From assembly GCA_047602425.1 (NCBI GenBank), contig JASGHG010000001.1, forward strand, positions 1,824,001 through 1,888,000: a DNA stretch of 64,000 bases. The letters are read 5' to 3'. Under the pieces are notes generated by a model. It did no database searches and had not been told where the DNA came from. It saw only the letters and a list, made by a program, of their open reading frames with translations. This document shows positions 19,094 through 28,746 of the stretch, piece by piece. Numbering within the stretch: the first letter of the stretch is position 1; each line of letters begins with the position of its first letter. A program made the translations under genes and the position numbers. Source of the DNA: Nibricoccus sp. (GTDB taxonomy: Bacteria; Verrucomicrobiota; Verrucomicrobiia; Opitutales; Opitutaceae).

Positions 19094-19948
19094 TTAGTCG
19101 CGACCCGACGCACGTTTCAGCAATTCTGCTCGCGCCGCGTCGAGCTTGGCCCGCTCCTTCGCGGTGAGGCTGCCGATGCCTGTTTGAGCGATTTTATCGA
19201 GCAATGCATCGACTTCCGCCATTGAGCTCGTTGGCGATTCCTTTTGCCGGGCAGGCGTTTTCTTTTCCGATGGCAGGTCGGGCAACACGCGCAATTTTGG
19301 CCGACGTTTAAAGAGGTTCACTTTCGGCAGCTCGATGCGGCCCTGCTGATACCGAACAAACGCAAAGGCGAAACCCGTCGTGGCCCAGAGTGAAAGCAGT
19401 CCCACAAAATCGCGGTTGTTGAGCGCAATTAGCGTGTAGATGCCGACAAGGATTACCGCGACCCATTTAGCCAGCAGGGTAAAGAGCACGGGCGCATTCG
19501 GGAAAAATGTCGCGAAGGCAATGAACATTGCGAATGCCCCGGTTTCACCCACCAACGGCTGCAAAGGATACCAAACTCCAACCACCGTGAGCAATAAAGG
19601 GGTCAGCAGGTAGATGCCGGCATAAAACAATAAAAAACTACGCCGCCCTACGCTGCGTTCCACTTCACGACCGAACCATACCAACATCACCATATCGACG
19701 GCAAACCCGAGACTGGGTACATTCACAAAACCATAGGACACCAAACGCCAGACTTCCCCTTGCAGAACCGCCGAATTTGAAAAAGCCAGCCCGTTCAGCA
19801 AACCTCCAAACTTTAAAAGATTCAGCGCAGTCGTGACGATCGCCGACATCACAAAAACCAGCACGATGAAATGCGCGGCATAAACGGGGTAGCCGCGCAG
19901 CCACATCACAGGCCGGTGTTCGTCGGAGGTTTCATACGTGCTCATCAT
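19094..19948 (-). CDS. Rhomboid-like membrane protein with C-terminal 'VDALLDKI' helical domain
   Basis: GEVWRLVSY, FGREVE, about 6 TM segments. The catalytic GxSG reads GETG. Confidence 0.75.
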   Translation of the reverse strand: MMSTYETSDEHRPVMWLRGYPVYAAHFIVLVFVMSAIVTTALNLLKFGGLLNGLAFSNSAVLQGEVWRLVSYGFVNVPSLGFAVDMVMLVWFGREVERSVGRRSFLLFYAGIYLLTPLLLTVVGVWYPLQPLVGETGAFAMFIAFATFFPNAPVLFTLLAKWVAVILVGIYTLIALNNRDFVGLLSLWATTGFAFAFVRYQQGRIELPKVNLFKRRPKLRVLPDLPSEKKTPARQKESPTSSMAEVDALLDKIAQTGIGSLTAKERAKLDAARAELLKRASGRD

Positions 19949-20078
19949 GTCTCCTTAAAAAATGCCCCCGAATCGTCGCTCTGCAAGCGGTGAAGAAAGT
20001 CCATTGCAAAAAAGCTGGCTCGTGGGCGCCAATGCCTTCGCGGCATCTCTTAATAAGCGTGCAGCCTCCCAAACCTCT

Positions 20079-20247
20079 TAGAGCACATACGATAAAACTA
20101 TAGCCATAAATCGGTATTACAAACGAGCTGTCTTCGTAGGGGCGCAGTCTTGCTGCGCCCTTTCTGTGGCAAAGCCAAGCCGGGCGCAGCAAGACTGCGT
20201 CCCTTCACCCGGAGTTGTGCGGTTATGACATTTTTAAAAATGCTCTA
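20079..20247 (-). mobile_element. MITE-like element, copy 2, with an intact inverted REP doublet
   Basis: Same TAGAGCA/TGCTCTA termini. REPs at 20136-20160 (GTAGGGGCGCAGTCTTGCTGCGCCC) and 20182-20206 (inverted). Confidence 0.8.
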
Positions 20248-21465
20248 GCGACCGCGGCTGATCATCAATGGACGGAGCCAGTAGCCTGCGCTTTCACGAT
20301 ACGCTGCCGCTCCCGACGGCGTGAGCAATGTATTCAGTTTTTCCGCGGATTCTTTGATCAAAGTGTTCTGCGCCTCCGTCTTGCTCTCGGTCGTTGGATA
20401 GTTTGTTCCATCTTTCATGATCGACATCACTTTTTGCTGGTAGTCGTTGCGAAGCTGGTGGACCGCCACGGCATTTTCCGCGGGTAAGTTGAAATGTTGC
20501 ACGATCTGCGTCGCAGCGCGGTAGCCAAAATCCTGCCCACGCTCGTATTCGGCATAACGTGCGTCACCCAGCGCCTGTTTGATTTTCTGGTTCACCGCTT
20601 GTTGATCTTTCATGCGTTGGTTGCGCTGTTCGGGGTCGAGTCGAGCCGTGCCAAAACCGTACTTTTGGTTCAATTCGTTTTGCAGAGCAAAGACCGCTCG
20701 GAATTCCGCCTCGGTCGGCGCGAACAAATCCATCGTGAAGCGCAACGATTGGGCGGTTTGCGAACGATGCAGATCGTACAATTCCAACTCGGCCGGAGTA
20801 AGCGCGGCGGCAATATCGTTGCGCATTTCCTTTTCAAGGAGAGCAAGCTTCTCCCGATCCTCCGGCAGCATGGCGTTGCCGGCCTCGGTGTAAACTTGCG
20901 AACGTAGCGAGTCGTACTCCGCGACAAGGCTCGCGACTTTCGCGCCTTTTTCCGGCGGAAGAAACCCGTAGTAATGCCGGTTGTAAACGGTTCGGTCCTC
21001 CTGCAGGCCGATATCGGATCCCAGCGCGGCGCGCAGGGCATCGGTTTGCTCACGGGAAATCGCGACCAGCGCCTTGCTCGCCTCGCGGCTAAAAACTCCG
21101 TTGCGCAAGGGATCAATCGGGTCGGCCGCGACAATTGCGTCGCGACGCGGGCGAAAGTTCTCCAGGATCCGCCAGCGCACCAGTGAACGGGCCACATCGT
21201 ACGGAAAGCCTGCCTCGGTCAGGCGGGCGAGAAATTGCTTGGGCTCGGACTGCTGAAGAGAGGACCATAGCTGCGTGTCGACCTTCCCGCCAACCTCCGT
21301 TGGACCCTGCGTGGCGTTTTGTCGTACGTGAGTCGCCTGTGTCCGGCCGTCGCGAATGGACGAAGAATTAGCGGTGTCGGATGAATCGGTGCGCAACCAT
21401 TTCGCCATCAAAACGGCGTTGGCGCCGAGGGAAAGCAGGAGAACAGCGGTTAAGATATGTTTCAT
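20245..21465 (-). CDS. Hypothetical N-anchored helical protein, paralog family member 1
   Basis: TM anchor LLLSLGANAVL; AGFP, LTPAELELYDL and ALGDARYAEY motifs shared with 21462 and 31778. Confidence 0.8.
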   Translation of the reverse strand: MKHILTAVLLLSLGANAVLMAKWLRTDSSDTANSSSIRDGRTQATHVRQNATQGPTEVGGKVDTQLWSSLQQSEPKQFLARLTEAGFPYDVARSLVRWRILENFRPRRDAIVAADPIDPLRNGVFSREASKALVAISREQTDALRAALGSDIGLQEDRTVYNRHYYGFLPPEKGAKVASLVAEYDSLRSQVYTEAGNAMLPEDREKLALLEKEMRNDIAAALTPAELELYDLHRSQTAQSLRFTMDLFAPTEAEFRAVFALQNELNQKYGFGTARLDPEQRNQRMKDQQAVNQKIKQALGDARYAEYERGQDFGYRAATQIVQHFNLPAENAVAVHQLRNDYQQKVMSIMKDGTNYPTTESKTEAQNTLIKESAEKLNTLLTPSGAAAYRESAGYWLRPLMISRGR

Positions 21466-22712
21466 GGGGCGACTTGTCGAATAATGGTTTGGGTGGAGAC
21501 GCCTGATCGGCTTTCCATCATCTGCAGCCAGCCCGCGCCCTGTCGGTAGGCTCTGGCGCCCGACGGCGTCAGCAAGGTTTCCAATTTGGCCTTCGCTTCG
21601 CCTGCCAGCGCTTGCAAGGCGGCCGTGCGTTGTTCCTGCGACTGGTTTCGATCGGCCCGGACAGCACTCGCTCGGTTTTGGTATTCTTGCTTCATCTCAT
21701 AAACGGCGTTGGCATTTTCCACGGGCAGATTTAAACGCGCGGTCAGGTTATAGGCGTTACGGTAATCGTAGTCCTGAGCGCGCTGATATTCGGCGTAACG
21801 GGTTTCGCCGAGGGCACTTTTGATTTGCTCGTCGAGTTGCTTCTTGTCGGCGGTTCGTTCGGCCGATTCACTCATGCTGTATTCGGAGTACTTCGCATCA
21901 AAGGCCTGCTGAAACGGAAGAATGGCGGTGAATTCCGCCATCGTCGGTTTAAACAATTCCATCCGGGAACGGAGCAAACTGGCCGAATGCGAGGCACGCA
22001 GGTCGTAAGCGGCGAGTTCCTCCGGCGTGAGCAGGGCGGCGACATCTTTCCGCGTCTCGGCCTCGACGAGAGCCCTGCGCTCGCGATCCCATGGCATGGG
22101 CGCGCCAAAGGTGATTCCCGTGTTTTCGCCCAGATCCTGATAGTCGGTCACAATGGCCTCGACCGCATCGAGCTTCTCGTCGGGCAACATGCCATAGCGC
22201 GCCTGGCGATTCCGACGGCCTTCTTCGTTGGGAACGTTGGTGCCAAGAAGTTCACGGGTGATCTTGAGCCGCTCGTTGGTGATAGCACGCAGTTCATTAT
22301 CGAGCTCAGGGTTCGCCAGGCGACTGTCACGCGCCCAGAATGGCTTGTCGTACATTTTCGCGTAAAGTACATCGAGTTGCGGACGATAACGTTCGTCGAG
22401 CACCCCGTTGATCGCGGCACGAATTGCCTCCCGAGGAAACCCGGCGGCCTTGAGGTTGGCCGTGAGTTGTTTTAGGTCGTCGCTCGCCAATCTGCCCCAC
22501 ACATTCGGCGCGAGTTTGCCCGGCGGTGATGCCATAGTCGCCGAACCCTCGGCGCGGCCGACCGGAACGCCACCCCTCGCTTGAGCAACGCGGCTCGCCG
22601 CTGTTGCATTGATGTGTTCGTCGCTGGTCATCGGGCGGCGAGACAACGCAATGACTAGTACGATATTCGCCAAAACCGATAGAAGCAGGACAACCAAAGG
22701 GATTTTTTTCAT
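21462..22712 (-). CDS. Hypothetical N-anchored helical protein, paralog family member 2
   Basis: Same motifs; 4-bp ATGA overlap with the downstream paralog. Confidence 0.8.
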   Translation of the reverse strand: MKKIPLVVLLLSVLANIVLVIALSRRPMTSDEHINATAASRVAQARGGVPVGRAEGSATMASPPGKLAPNVWGRLASDDLKQLTANLKAAGFPREAIRAAINGVLDERYRPQLDVLYAKMYDKPFWARDSRLANPELDNELRAITNERLKITRELLGTNVPNEEGRRNRQARYGMLPDEKLDAVEAIVTDYQDLGENTGITFGAPMPWDRERRALVEAETRKDVAALLTPEELAAYDLRASHSASLLRSRMELFKPTMAEFTAILPFQQAFDAKYSEYSMSESAERTADKKQLDEQIKSALGETRYAEYQRAQDYDYRNAYNLTARLNLPVENANAVYEMKQEYQNRASAVRADRNQSQEQRTAALQALAGEAKAKLETLLTPSGARAYRQGAGWLQMMESRSGVSTQTIIRQVAP

Positions 22713-22847
22713 GGAAGGATTCTCCGCTACACCTCAACGGGCCCTTTAACTCAAAGTCCCGTCGACCTTTCAATCACGAAACAGTTGTTACCGCTTAAAT
22801 AAAGGCTCCGGTTGCACGAAGGCGGCAACAACTACATCTTGGCTCCC

Positions 22848-24008
22848 ATGCTTCGCCAACCCATTTTCCAACTTTTCATCCTTCTCGCTTTATTCTCGGG
22901 CGGTCTTTCTGTGCCGGGCCATGCCGCCAAAGATCCGTTGCCTCCCCTTGCGGCCGACGCCGGGCGTATCATCGTCTACCGCGATGCGCTCATGAGCCCA
23001 AAAACCCAGCCGATCGTCCTGCTCGACGGCTCGGAAACGCAGCCGATCAAAACGCGCACTTATTTCCAAATCGATCGACCGCCGGGCACTTATTCCCTCT
23101 CGCTCTCAGGCGAGGCGACTGCGCCGCTCAGCATCACTCTCCTCGCCGGCCAAACACTCTACGTCTGCGTCAACGTCCATAACTCCGCCGGCGGGACCGA
23201 GCTCTACCCAAAGCTCGTCGACAAAACAACGGCCCTCCGCGAACTCGCATCGTGCAAATACGCGGCCCGCGAAAATGCCGAAGCCGCTGCCGATACCCAA
23301 AAACCGCTTCGCGTGCTACTCACCTTCAAAGGCCACAACTTCGAAGAGGAAAAGTTCTTCTCAATGTGGGATGCCTGGCAAAAGCAAGGCCTGCTCAGTT
23401 ATACGCGCTGCCCGCTGCCCGACGATGCCGCGGTTCTACAACCCTCCGCCACCGCCAACTTCGACGTGATCGTGATGTACGACATGGTTGCCGAACTTCC
23501 GCCCGAACGCCAACATTCCCTCGTCGCATTGCTTCAGAGTGGCATTGGCGTCGTCTCACTTCATCACAATCTCGCCGCCCACGAGAAATGGCCGCTGTGG
23601 TCCGAAATCATTGGCGGCAAATTTCTACACGGTCCCGAAACTATCGGCGGCAGAACCTACGAGAAATCCATCTATGAACACGACGTCTGGATGAAAATTG
23701 GCGTGCCCGATCCGCGCCATCCGATCACCCGTGGCGTCGAGCCTTTCTACATTTTCGATGAAACGTACGGCAAAACCTATCGCGCTCCCGATATTCAACC
23801 CGTGCTAACAACGGACCGCGCCGGCAACGAACGTGAAATTGCGTGGACAAAATGGTTCGGCAACAGTCCAATCTTCTATTTCCAACTGGGCCATGATTCG
23901 CGGGCCTGGATGCATCCGCTGTATCAAAAAATCCTCCTGCAAGGCATGCGCTGGGCGGCCGAGGAAGCGGCAAAGCGCCGCGAGACCGCTTCAGCGACGC
24001 CCCGCTGA
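22848..24008 (+). CDS. DUF2846-like N-terminal domain fused to a ThuA-like domain
   Basis: GRIIVYR...YFQIDRPPGTY domain, then VLLTFKGH, GVVSLHH, HPITRG, DETY, FYFQLGHD. Confidence 0.7.
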   Translation: MLRQPIFQLFILLALFSGGLSVPGHAAKDPLPPLAADAGRIIVYRDALMSPKTQPIVLLDGSETQPIKTRTYFQIDRPPGTYSLSLSGEATAPLSITLLAGQTLYVCVNVHNSAGGTELYPKLVDKTTALRELASCKYAARENAEAAADTQKPLRVLLTFKGHNFEEEKFFSMWDAWQKQGLLSYTRCPLPDDAAVLQPSATANFDVIVMYDMVAELPPERQHSLVALLQSGIGVVSLHHNLAAHEKWPLWSEIIGGKFLHGPETIGGRTYEKSIYEHDVWMKIGVPDPRHPITRGVEPFYIFDETYGKTYRAPDIQPVLTTDRAGNEREIAWTKWFGNSPIFYFQLGHDSRAWMHPLYQKILLQGMRWAAEEAAKRRETASATPR

Positions 24009-24090
24009 TTAGGTCTTTGTCCAATTTCACGAAGTTCTGACGGGGTCCGGCGTTGCCTCGGCGGCACCGAACCGGCAGCAAAGAGGCATT

Positions 24091-24489
24091 ATGCCAACGC
24101 GGAAAATCTACCATGTAGTGCCCCATCCGTCAGGCTGGGCGGTCAAGATCGGCAAGGCCCGTCGCGCCAGCGCGGTGCTGAAAACCAAGCAGGCCGCGAT
24201 GAAGGCGGCCAGTAACTTCGCCAAGAGCGCACCCAAATCACAAGTCGTGATCCGCGAGTCCAGCGGCAGGATCAAGGGCGACCGAACCTTCGAATACCGG
24301 GATTACAAAAGGAAAAAGCGTGTCCGCGCAAAAGTCTCGAAAATCAAAAAGGCAAAATTGCGCAACCAGCGGCGGCAGCAACGCGCCCGCATCCAACGCC
24401 GCAAGGCCGCTCTTCTCGGTCTCGCCCGCCTCAGACGCGCCCAAGCCGCGCGCAGTGCCATCGCCCGGAAAGCCGCCCGCAAACGATAG
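24091..24489 (+). CDS. DUF2188 domain protein with Arg/Lys-rich tail
   Basis: YHVVPHPSGWAVK..KARRAS....TKQAA...SQVVIRESSGRI pattern, then a very basic C-terminus. Confidence 0.8.
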   Translation: MPTRKIYHVVPHPSGWAVKIGKARRASAVLKTKQAAMKAASNFAKSAPKSQVVIRESSGRIKGDRTFEYRDYKRKKRVRAKVSKIKKAKLRNQRRQQRARIQRRKAALLGLARLRRAQAARSAIARKAARKR

Positions 24490-24572
24490 AGCGGGCCAGC
24501 CCCCGAAGCCGGGCGTTGGTTAAATACGCTTGGCGGCTGCGCAAAATTCACGGAAATGATTATCACTCCTTT

Positions 24573-25376
24573 ATGAATCGTTTCCGCCAGACGACGTGCT
24601 TTACCGCTATATTATTGTTCGGCTTTTTCGGCGCCTTGGAAGCACGAGCCGATGCGCGTGCGAACGCCCTGGAAAACGCCCGGCAGCATATCAAGCAGCC
24701 GGAACCGCTTCTCTCGTCCGTGTTTGTCGTCGTCATCGGGTACGAGGGAAATCTGGAGTTGTTTAAAAAAGGAACCATTCCCCCGCCACAAAATGGCACG
24801 GGCCTGGCCATTCCGGTGGACGCCGACGGTTATTTTCTTACCGCGGCCCATTCGGTGCAGCCAGCGCACGACATGTATGTCATGGGTAACTTTGAAGGCC
24901 GGCTGGAAGCGCGCAAAGCGGAGATTATCTTTCGCGGAGATCCTGGAACCGCCCTGCAGGACATCGCCCTCTTGCGCGTCGCGGCAAAACTGCCGGTGTG
25001 CTTCGAATTTACCAACGCTCTCCCCAAAAGCGGCGACACGATCTATGCCGTGGTTCGCTCGCAGGACAAACCGGCGTTTATCGAGGGCAAGTGCCTAACC
25101 CCCTCAGCCAGCTACGACGCCCGTTCGACAGTCGCGATCATGACTGATCTGCCTGTGGTCGGTGGTGACAGCGGCGGTCCGCTGCTGACGAAAGAGTTGA
25201 AACTCATCGGTGTGACTTCCCGCGGGGCAACCAATGGCTGGGGCACTTTCACCTACTCGTCCTGTCCCTCCGGCGAGTTCGTCGAACGGCTGATCAAGGA
25301 AGCGAAGGAAAAATCAAACAACCTTTCATCAGTACCAAAATCAGGTTCAGCATCCGTTCCCGGAAGCACGCCATAA
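24573..25376 (+). CDS. Trypsin-like serine protease (S1)
   Basis: Catalytic triad motifs LTAAH, DIALL, GGDSGGPL; signal peptide. Confidence 0.85.
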   Translation: MNRFRQTTCFTAILLFGFFGALEARADARANALENARQHIKQPEPLLSSVFVVVIGYEGNLELFKKGTIPPPQNGTGLAIPVDADGYFLTAAHSVQPAHDMYVMGNFEGRLEARKAEIIFRGDPGTALQDIALLRVAAKLPVCFEFTNALPKSGDTIYAVVRSQDKPAFIEGKCLTPSASYDARSTVAIMTDLPVVGGDSGGPLLTKELKLIGVTSRGATNGWGTFTYSSCPSGEFVERLIKEAKEKSNNLSSVPKSGSASVPGSTP

Positions 25377-25405
25377 AAAAGCCGCCGCGATGTTTCGCGG
25401 CGGCT
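25375..25405 (-). terminator. Rho-independent terminator between convergent genes
   Basis: AAAAAAGCCGCCGCGA-TGTT-TCGCGGCGGCT. Confidence 0.75.
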
Positions 25406-25430
25406 GGACACGAGAGCGAGGGGCAGGCGC

Positions 25431-26798
25431 TCAGGGTGTCACAAAACGCCATTGTTGATTGTAACTAGTTCCACTCGTGTACTGCTTCATGACGGCGCTG
25501 TCACCGGTTGCACCGCCGGTATCGAGACATTTGCCGGTCGCACGATTGACGAGCTTGTAGTAGCCGCCGCCCATGGGCGTGAGTATCCATTGCTGGTTGT
25601 AGCTACCACCGCTGGTCCACTGGCCGACGTTCGAGCCGTCCGCGGTGTTGCCAAGCGTGTCGAGCATCTTGCTGCCGGTCACACATTGGAATTTATAGTA
25701 GCCTCCACTGAACGTAACGATCCACTTTTGATTGTTGCTCGTGCCATCCGCGTATTGCGCGACGGTCGCTCCGTCGGTCGTGGCGCCGAGGTTGTCGAGC
25801 ATTTTGCCGGAAGCGCGATTTTGGAGACTGTAAGTGCCGGGCGTGAGCGTCTGCACGGGATTGTTGACGTCGTCGGCCGCGGGCCAGCCGTTGATCCAGC
25901 TGAGCGTTGTGATTTTGACCTTGGCTGCGCCGTTGTCCGTGCCGTCGTAGAAGTGAAACGAGAGTTTGCCTTCGCCGTAGCCCACGTGACCGGGCCCGAT
26001 GATGCGGCCATCCTTGTTGGGAAGAAAGGTGCTTCCGCCGCCATTCATCAAACTGACCCCGTTTTTGTCGACGTAAGGGCCGGTGATGCTCGTGGAACGG
26101 CCAACTTGCGTGTAGTAAGTACTGTTGACGCCGTTGCAGCAGAGGCCGCGCTGGAAAAACAGGTAATAGTAGCTGCCGTTTTTGATCAAATAGGGAGCTT
26201 CAACCGAACCAGCCACAAGATCCCAACGGCTGGTGCCCTGGCGAAGACCCGTGGTGGGATTCAGTTGGATCAGGTCGATGCCCGTTTGCCAGTTGCCATA
26301 GACCATGTAGAGATTGCTGCCGTCCTTGAGCAGCGCGGGATCGATGGCGTTCGTGGCCGCGACGACCATGCCCTGATCGGTCCACGGACCGGCGAGGCTC
26401 GTGGCGGTGGCGAGACCGATGGCGGCCGGCGCACCTTGGCCGGCGCAGGAATAATAGAGGTAGAATTTGCCATTCATCGCGATCACGTCGGGCGCCCAGA
26501 ATCCGCCGGTGAAACCGGTGACGTAATTGTTGACCCAACTTGGCCACGTGCCGGGCGTGAAAACGGTCTTGTCCGCGCGCCAATCGGTGAAGTTCGAGTT
26601 GCTGGCTGACATCGCCCAGACGCCACTTCCGGTGGTGAAAATCCAATAGCGGCCGTCCGTATTTCTCGTGATGGTCGATGGATCGTGACTGGGCGGCTCG
26701 GCAAAAACCGATTGTAGTGAACCGGCGAATACTACGGCGAACGCGCACAACACGGCGCGGAGCAGGTTAAACAGGGGGTATTTACTATATGCTTTCAT
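25431..26798 (-). CDS. GH43 (endo-arabinanase-like) with C-terminal ricin-type beta-trefoil (CBM13-like)
   Basis: HDPS, WAPD, AIDP, EAPY, GPGH motifs; three QxW-type repeats (NQKW, NQQW, NQQW). Confidence 0.9.
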   Translation of the reverse strand: MKAYSKYPLFNLLRAVLCAFAVVFAGSLQSVFAEPPSHDPSTITRNTDGRYWIFTTGSGVWAMSASNSNFTDWRADKTVFTPGTWPSWVNNYVTGFTGGFWAPDVIAMNGKFYLYYSCAGQGAPAAIGLATATSLAGPWTDQGMVVAATNAIDPALLKDGSNLYMVYGNWQTGIDLIQLNPTTGLRQGTSRWDLVAGSVEAPYLIKNGSYYYLFFQRGLCCNGVNSTYYTQVGRSTSITGPYVDKNGVSLMNGGGSTFLPNKDGRIIGPGHVGYGEGKLSFHFYDGTDNGAAKVKITTLSWINGWPAADDVNNPVQTLTPGTYSLQNRASGKMLDNLGATTDGATVAQYADGTSNNQKWIVTFSGGYYKFQCVTGSKMLDTLGNTADGSNVGQWTSGGSYNQQWILTPMGGGYYKLVNRATGKCLDTGGATGDSAVMKQYTSGTSYNQQWRFVTP

Positions 26799-27013
26799 GA
26801 CTGTGGGGTTGAAAGGCCGCGATTGCTCCGGCCTTGGGGTAATAATGACCGTTCGCGCCAGCGGAGCCGACACAGGGGTTGGTCATTCCTACATGCGCCA
26901 TTTGCGGGACAAATCCGCCATTTCCGCTCGTATTTCACGCCAAAGACCGTCCTTTGCGGGTGGATTGCATTTGCAAAAACCGGCCAAAATCTGGCTGAAT
27001 TAACGTTAAATCT

Positions 27014-28672
27014 ATGCTTTTTGCCGAGCTTCCCCCTCCCGTCCCCCCGGCGATTGTCCAATCCGCCGTGCCCCAATACGACAGCCGCATACGGCTGAAC
27101 ACGGTCGGATTTTTACCCGAAAGTCCGAAACAGGCCACAGTCGCGGCGCCTAGTGACGCCTTTTCCGTCGTTCGTCTCAGCGACGGGGTCAAAGTGCTGA
27201 GCGGACGCGCCGCCAAATCTCTCCAGACCGACGTCACCGACACCAATGAGCAGGTCCAAATTTTCGATTTTTCAAAATTAACCGAACCCGGACGCTATCG
27301 CCTTGAGGTGGAATCAGTCGGTTCCTCCGCGCCTTTCACCATCGGCAAGGATGTCTGGGTCGCGCCCTCCGAAGCGGTTACTCGAGCCATGTACCTTTGG
27401 CGCTGCGGCACCAGCGTCGAAGGAACCTGGAACGGCATCACCTACCGCCACGCTCCCTGTCATTTGGAGGACGGCTGGCTCGACTATGTGGGCGAGAGCC
27501 ACGTGAAGCGCCCCTCGGTCGGCGGCTGGCACGATGCTGGCGACTATAATAAATACGTCGTCAACGCCGGCGTGAGCGTCGGGCTGATGCTGAAGGCGTG
27601 GGAGCATTTCCCAAAACACGTTGCAACCGACAAACTCGGTATTCCCGAGAGCGGCAACGGCATACCGGACCTCCTCGACGAGATCCGTTGGGAAATCGAG
27701 TGGCTGCTCACGATGCAGGCCGAAACAGGCCATGTGTACCACAAGTTGAGCGCTCGCGATTTCAAATATTGGGGCTCGCCGGAGAAGGATGCCTCTCCCC
27801 GCTATTTCACCTCGTGGAGTACCGCGGCGACGGCCGATTTCACCGCCATGATGGCGGAGTTTGCGCGGGCGTGGCGTCCTTACGATGCGATTTTTGCCGA
27901 TCGCTGCCTCGCCGCCGCAAAGAAAAGCTGGGCGGTCCTGTGCGCCACCCCGCAGCAAGTCGATTCCGATCAGTCCGCTTTCAAGACCGGGACCTATCCG
28001 CCCAAGGACGCTTCGCATCGCCTCTGGGCCGCCGCCGAACTTTTTGAAACCACCAGCGATCCCGAATACCTCAAGGACTTCGAAACGCGCGCGAAAAATT
28101 TTGACTACAGCTTCAGCGCGGGCGGCCCCAACTGGGGCGACGTGCAGGATCTGGCTTTTGCCACTTACCTGCTCTCGGCTCATTCCGGGAAACGCGACGA
28201 CAAGATTGTTGCCAGCCTCACCAAAAGTCTGATCGAGCGGGGACAGGCGGCGGTCGAAACGTCGCAGAAAAACGGATACGCGCGCCCTCTCGGTGTGCAT
28301 CGCGAATCTTGGAACTGGGGCGCGAATGGCAGTGTGGCCGGACAAACCCTGCTTCTGCATCTCGCCGATCGGCTCAAACCCGATCCACGCTACCGGGCGA
28401 CGGCGCACGCTGCTCTCGACTTTCTTTTTGGTCGAAATTTCAACGGACGTTCCTACGTGACCGGCCTCGGCGCGAATCCCCCGGAGCATCCGCACGACCG
28501 CCGGGGCGAACCCGCGTGGCCGGGCTATCTCGTGGGCGGCGGCTGGCCTGATGGCCGCAGCTGGCACGATGAGTTGAAGAGTTTTCAGACCAATGAGATC
28601 GCCATCAACTGGAATGCCGCGCTCATCTACGCCCTCGCCGCCTTCGCCGAACCTAAAACGGTAACCAAATAA
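27014..28672 (+). CDS. Glycoside hydrolase family 9 with N-terminal Ig-like domain
   Basis: GGWHDAGDYNKY, PHDR, NEIAINWNA motifs. Confidence 0.92.
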   Translation: MLFAELPPPVPPAIVQSAVPQYDSRIRLNTVGFLPESPKQATVAAPSDAFSVVRLSDGVKVLSGRAAKSLQTDVTDTNEQVQIFDFSKLTEPGRYRLEVESVGSSAPFTIGKDVWVAPSEAVTRAMYLWRCGTSVEGTWNGITYRHAPCHLEDGWLDYVGESHVKRPSVGGWHDAGDYNKYVVNAGVSVGLMLKAWEHFPKHVATDKLGIPESGNGIPDLLDEIRWEIEWLLTMQAETGHVYHKLSARDFKYWGSPEKDASPRYFTSWSTAATADFTAMMAEFARAWRPYDAIFADRCLAAAKKSWAVLCATPQQVDSDQSAFKTGTYPPKDASHRLWAAAELFETTSDPEYLKDFETRAKNFDYSFSAGGPNWGDVQDLAFATYLLSAHSGKRDDKIVASLTKSLIERGQAAVETSQKNGYARPLGVHRESWNWGANGSVAGQTLLLHLADRLKPDPRYRATAHAALDFLFGRNFNGRSYVTGLGANPPEHPHDRRGEPAWPGYLVGGGWPDGRSWHDELKSFQTNEIAINWNAALIYALAAFAEPKTVTK

Positions 28673-28746
28673 TTGTCGTCGGCGCCCAGCCAAAATTTCC
28701 ACCTTCTACTAAAGGGCGTGCACTCTTTAGGAATGGGTTGTAAAAA

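Noticed and set aside
17925..20247. Possible CRISPR array or autonomous IS element
   Set aside because: Only two dispersed inverted copies, with no repeat-spacer array, no cas genes and no transposase ORF.
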